Source of the DNA: a virus
Taxonomy: Duplodnaviria > Caudoviricetes
Virus record (IMG/VR): IMGVR_UViG_3300010354_000082
Span: 814 to 64,813 of that record
DNA length: 64,000 nucleotides
Reading direction: 5' to 3' (one strand)
The notes under the pieces: model-generated
What the model was told of the DNA's origin: nothing
Database searches by the model: none
What the model saw: the letters and a program-made list of their open reading frames with translations, nothing else
Translations under genes and position numbers: made by a program
Shown: positions 60,628 to 64,000 of the stretch, piece by piece
How positions within the stretch are numbered: position 1 is the first letter of the stretch
How the letters are laid out: the number at the start of each line of letters is the position of its first letter

Positions 60628-61080
60628 CCCAAGGTAGTATACACAGCAGCGCGGGGTCTCGTTCAGGAAGCGGGATCAGGTTTTAGCGTCACTAGCGACT
60701 TGGCTCTTACAGGGGGCCTCACAGCCTCGGGGGCTGTTTCACTTGCCTCAACTTTCGGTCTGACTGACATCGGCGCAAAGACGGCCGGTGCTGCCGCCGG
60801 CGGTGAGGGAGGCTCGACTGCTGTCACGAACGTCATCACGATTGCAACCGTTGGAAACGCCAACGATGGTCTGAAGCTTCCGGCCGGTGTGGCGGGCGAC
60901 GTGCGAATTGTCCACAATTTGAGCGCAAACGCTCCGAAAATTTACACTGCTGGAACGGACAAAATTAACGGGTCTGATCCGGGTGGTTCGGGCGATGCTA
61001 CTGTTGTCGCCGCCTCGAAGACAACAATCTTTATCTTCACGGGTGCGACTCGTGGTTGGGTCACTGTGATCAGCGCCTGA
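60625..61080 (+). CDS. small Gly/Ala/Thr-rich virion protein (capsid decoration or fibre-like)
   Basis: MPKVVYTAARGLVQEAGSG; LKLPAG..GD...VHN...KIY..GTDKING...W beta module; between capsid and neck genes. Confidence 0.55.
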   Translation: MPKVVYTAARGLVQEAGSGFSVTSDLALTGGLTASGAVSLASTFGLTDIGAKTAGAAAGGEGGSTAVTNVITIATVGNANDGLKLPAGVAGDVRIVHNLSANAPKIYTAGTDKINGSDPGGSGDATVVAASKTTIFIFTGATRGWVTVISA

Positions 61081-61095
61081 TCTAATACATCACTT

Positions 61096-61132
61096 CGGCT
61101 GGGAGTCTCGATGGCTCCCAGTCGTTGTTTTT
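61096..61132 (+). terminator. intrinsic terminator
   Basis: CGGCTGGGAGTC / GGCTCCCAGTCG stem (G-U allowed) + TTGTTTTT. Confidence 0.8.
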
Positions 61133-61178
61133 AGTTCAACGTCAGCGCGAGTCACCTATTTACAAGTGGGGGATCACG

Positions 61179-62348
61179 ATGGCAACCTTCGCAAGCACTC
61201 TCAGCCCTACGCCCTTCGGCTTCTTTGACTCCGACTCGCAGTTCCAGTCGGAGGCCGACGCGATGGTCACGTTCGTCAAGAGGAAGCTCGGCGACGACAT
61301 CCTCTCGGTGGAGCTCACGTCGAAGCAGATCTGGGCGTGCTTCGAGGAGGCGTTCTGCGAGTATGGCGCGATCGTCAATCAATACCAGGCGAAGTCCCAG
61401 CTCGGCAATCTCATCGGCTCGGCCACGGGGTCTCTCGAGGGAATGGAGCAGAAATATCCCCGTGAGACCCTCGAATTCGCTCTCAAGCTCGCTGAGCCCT
61501 ACGCCGCCACGGCGGGCCTCGGTGGGTCCTACAACACGACGTCGGGCTCCATCCAACTCCAGCAGCGTCGGCAGGACTACGACCTCTACACCGATCTCGT
61601 CGACGGCTCGGGCACGCCGCTCTTCTCTTCGTCGCACAACCCAGGCCGCGGCAAGCTGCGAATCTTCGAGGTGATGCACTACAGCCCACAGGCAGCCTAC
61701 CGCTTCTTCGATACCACGAGCGCGATCAACTACCTCAACAACGAGTTCGCCTTCGAGTCTTTCACACCAGAGACGGTCTTCTACGTCCTGCCCGTCTTCG
61801 AGGACATCCTCCGCGGCGGCCAGATGGCGATGTCGAACAAGGTCCGCAGATCGAACTACAGCTACCAGATCATCGGCAAGAACCTGCGAATCTTCCCGGC
61901 TCCCGTCGCCGACATCCCGCCGAAGCTGTGGATCAACGTGGGATTCCCGCAGGACCCACTCGCTCCCGACATCCCCGATCCCTCGATCTGGGGCGTGAGC
62001 AACCTGTCGAACATTCCCTTCGGCAACTTCGCCTACAGCAGGATCAACTCGATCGGCAGGCAGTGGACCCGTCAGTACACGCTCGCACTCTGCAAGGAAC
62101 TCCTCGGCCTCGTGCGCTCGAAGTTCGGCAGCGTTCCGATCCCGGGCGGCGAGCTCCAGCTGAACGGCAGCGATCTCGTCACCGCAGGCCGCGATGAGAA
62201 GGACAAGCTCGTCACCCAGCTGAAGGAGATGCTCGAGTCCCTCACCTACGACAAGCTCATCGAGGCCCAGGCTCTCGAGGTCGAGAACATTCGCAAGACC
62301 CTCCTCGCCGTGCCGATCCCGATGGGCCGCGCGATCAGGATAGGTTGA
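61179..62348 (+). CDS. neck/head-tail adaptor protein (T4 gp13-like)
   Basis: KRKLG..ILSVELT..QI..C.EEA; W.RQYTLAL.KE.LG.VRSKF...PIPGG..QLNG. Confidence 0.85.
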   Translation: MATFASTLSPTPFGFFDSDSQFQSEADAMVTFVKRKLGDDILSVELTSKQIWACFEEAFCEYGAIVNQYQAKSQLGNLIGSATGSLEGMEQKYPRETLEFALKLAEPYAATAGLGGSYNTTSGSIQLQQRRQDYDLYTDLVDGSGTPLFSSSHNPGRGKLRIFEVMHYSPQAAYRFFDTTSAINYLNNEFAFESFTPETVFYVLPVFEDILRGGQMAMSNKVRRSNYSYQIIGKNLRIFPAPVADIPPKLWINVGFPQDPLAPDIPDPSIWGVSNLSNIPFGNFAYSRINSIGRQWTRQYTLALCKELLGLVRSKFGSVPIPGGELQLNGSDLVTAGRDEKDKLVTQLKEMLESLTYDKLIEAQALEVENIRKTLLAVPIPMGRAIRIG

Positions 62349-62352
62349 GCCG

Positions 62353-63006
62353 ATGGCGCGTCTCTTCATCACCGAGAGGGAGCTCGATCTCATCTCCGAC
62401 CTCACGAAGGAAGTCATCAAGGACGTCATCGGCCAGCGGGTCTTCTACTACCGCGTCCGGGAAGACCTCACGACCGTCCACGATGTCTACAGCGAGTCGC
62501 AGGACAAGGTCCTCGATCCGCCCCTCGAGATTGACGCGCTCGTCGAGTGGACGTCCCCCGAGGTGAACACCGGACAGTTCGGCTCAGAGACCCGCGGCGT
62601 CGTCACCGTGATGATCCACCAGCGGGACATCCTCGACAAGGGGATCGTGGTCCGCGAGGGCGACTACTTCTCCTACGGCCCGACATTCTACGAGATTACC
62701 TCGACAATTCCCATCAGCAAAATCTTCGGTCAGATCGAACACCTGACGGGCTACAAGCTCACGGGCAAGCAGGCTCGCGAGGGTCTCATCGCCCAGCGTC
62801 CCCACGGTCCCCTCGGCGAGGAATTCACAGACGCCGACGCCGTCCAGGACACCTTCGAGCAGCAGCGCGGCGCCGCGTCAAACACTCTCGGCCCGACAAA
62901 CGACACTCGAGCCCTCCAGGAGAAGGGTGTCCTCGAGGCGCCCCTCTCCGCTCCCCGTCGGGTGGTCGAGGACGCCACGGGCTCGTCCTTCTACGGAGAT
63001 GAGTGA
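62353..63006 (+). CDS. head-closure/neck protein (T4 gp14-like)
   Basis: EVIKDVIGQ.VFYY...VY.ES..K...IDALVEW...QFG...VREGDYF.Y..TFYEI; follows the gp13-like gene. Confidence 0.7.
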   Translation: MARLFITERELDLISDLTKEVIKDVIGQRVFYYRVREDLTTVHDVYSESQDKVLDPPLEIDALVEWTSPEVNTGQFGSETRGVVTVMIHQRDILDKGIVVREGDYFSYGPTFYEITSTIPISKIFGQIEHLTGYKLTGKQAREGLIAQRPHGPLGEEFTDADAVQDTFEQQRGAASNTLGPTNDTRALQEKGVLEAPLSAPRRVVEDATGSSFYGDE

Positions 63007-64000
63007 TGCAGACTCGCTACGACAAGAACCGCAGCGTTCCGGGAGTCCTTCCGAGCGGCTACGAGGGAACGAACACCGCCACGAACTTCGAGCTGCCGTC
63101 CTGCGGGATCGAGGACGTCGATCGCGCGTTCTTCGAACTCTTCGACAGGGTCCTCCCGTTCAGCTACCGCGCGCAGAAGGACTCTGAGTCCCGCCGGGTC
63201 CCTGTCGTCTTCGCGTCCGGCGAGCGCTGGGCCCTCGCCTCGAAGAAGTCTCCCATCAGGGACAAGTCGGGGTCCCTCATCCTCCCGATCATCTCGATCT
63301 CCCGCTCGGGCATCGAGCAGACGGCCACGAAGGGTCTCGGCGTCTCGGAATTCTTCAACGAGATGGTCGTTCGCAAGCGCCTCGCCGACGATGATCCCCT
63401 CTTCCAGGCGCTCCGCGGGGCCGACGGCCTGCGCAACACGGGCCGGACGCTCGCGGCGACAGAGGACGGCACCGACTACTATCGCGAGACGGGTCGGCTC
63501 CTGCAGCCCCGGATGGGACCTGCGATCTACGAGACCCTCATCATCCCGATGCCGAAATACTTCACCGTGAAATACGAGATCACGATGTGGGCGCAGTATG
63601 TCGGTCAGCTCAACGCGATGGTGACGACCCTCCTCGGCGCCTACGTGAACGGCCACCGCTCCATCAGGGTGACGACATCGAAGGGATACTGGTTTGTCGC
63701 CTACTTCGATGCTGCCGTGTCGAACGGCAGCAACCTCGACAGCTTCACTGACGATGAACGCCTCGTGAAGGCGTCGCTCACGGCCGAGGTCCCGGGATAC
63801 CTCATCCTCCCGGAGGTCGACGGCGTCCCCCGCGCCATCAAGTCATTCCTCTCTGCGCCCACGGTGTCGTTCGGAGACTTCTCTGGAGACTCTCGCTTGA
63901 CACAGGTCACCCCTGTCGTAAGCGGTAAGGTGGAATCATTCACCCTTTCCGACGTTGCAACGAGTGATAACGAGAGACCCTCTGGGGCTGTGGGCGAGGA
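63006..64000 (+). CDS. tail terminator/sheath stabiliser (T4 gp15-like), 3'-truncated
   Basis: TGATG overlap; translated by hand MQTRYDK...IEDVDRAFF..F...VPVVFASGERW...LPIISISR...PMPKYFTVKYEITMW. Absent from the ORF track because it runs off the window. Confidence 0.7.
   Translation, partial: MQTRYDKNRSVPGVLPSGYEGTNTATNFELPSCGIEDVDRAFFELFDRVLPFSYRAQKDSESRRVPVVFASGERWALASKKSPIRDKSGSLILPIISISRSGIEQTATKGLGVSEFFNEMVVRKRLADDDPLFQALRGADGLRNTGRTLAATEDGTDYYRETGRLLQPRMGPAIYETLIIPMPKYFTVKYEITMWAQYVGQLNAMVTTLLGAYVNGHRSIRVTTSKGYWFVAYFDAAVSNGSNLDSFTDDERLVKASLTAEVPGYLILPEVDGVPRAIKSFLSAPTVSFGDFSGDSRLTQVTPVVSGKVESFTLSDVATSDNERPSGAVGE

Noticed and set aside
61152-62429. 425-aa minus-strand ORF
   Set aside because: Antisense shadow of the neck gene, same cause.

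Overview
A 64-kb segment of a large tailed dsDNA phage with T4-like head genes and a contractile-type baseplate, probably a jumbo phage. All credible genes are on the + strand, use the standard code, and are tightly coupled by stop/start overlaps. Order: (1) 3' end of a tail-fibre-like gene. (2) A 14-kb glycan-biosynthesis cluster with several glycosyltransferases, a methyltransferase, an acetyltransferase, a perosamine-synthase-like aminotransferase, fcl, gmd and glf. Part of it is an AT-richer cassette, and a solo Cas4-like nuclease lies inside it. (3) A phage sigma factor. (4) A 28-kb baseplate/tail module (gp5-, gp25-, gp6-like, LamG and FN3 proteins). (5) RuvC-like resolvase, primase and an Mre11-Rad50 fusion. 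(6) Terminase, portal, prohead protease, scaffold, major capsid protein, neck proteins and the start of a gp15-like gene. Main hypotheses: a phage-encoded virion glycosylation system (sugar pathways plus a recurring x-[S/T]-[G/A/S]-[S/T/N/A] motif in structural proteins), a pseudoknotted 5' leader covering the RBS and AUG of the gene after the capsid gene, an RBS-sequestering hairpin with a possible promoter in its loop, leaderless sigma70 promoters, a candidate late-promoter motif, and CATG avoidance. All calls come from motif recognition by eye; no searches were run.
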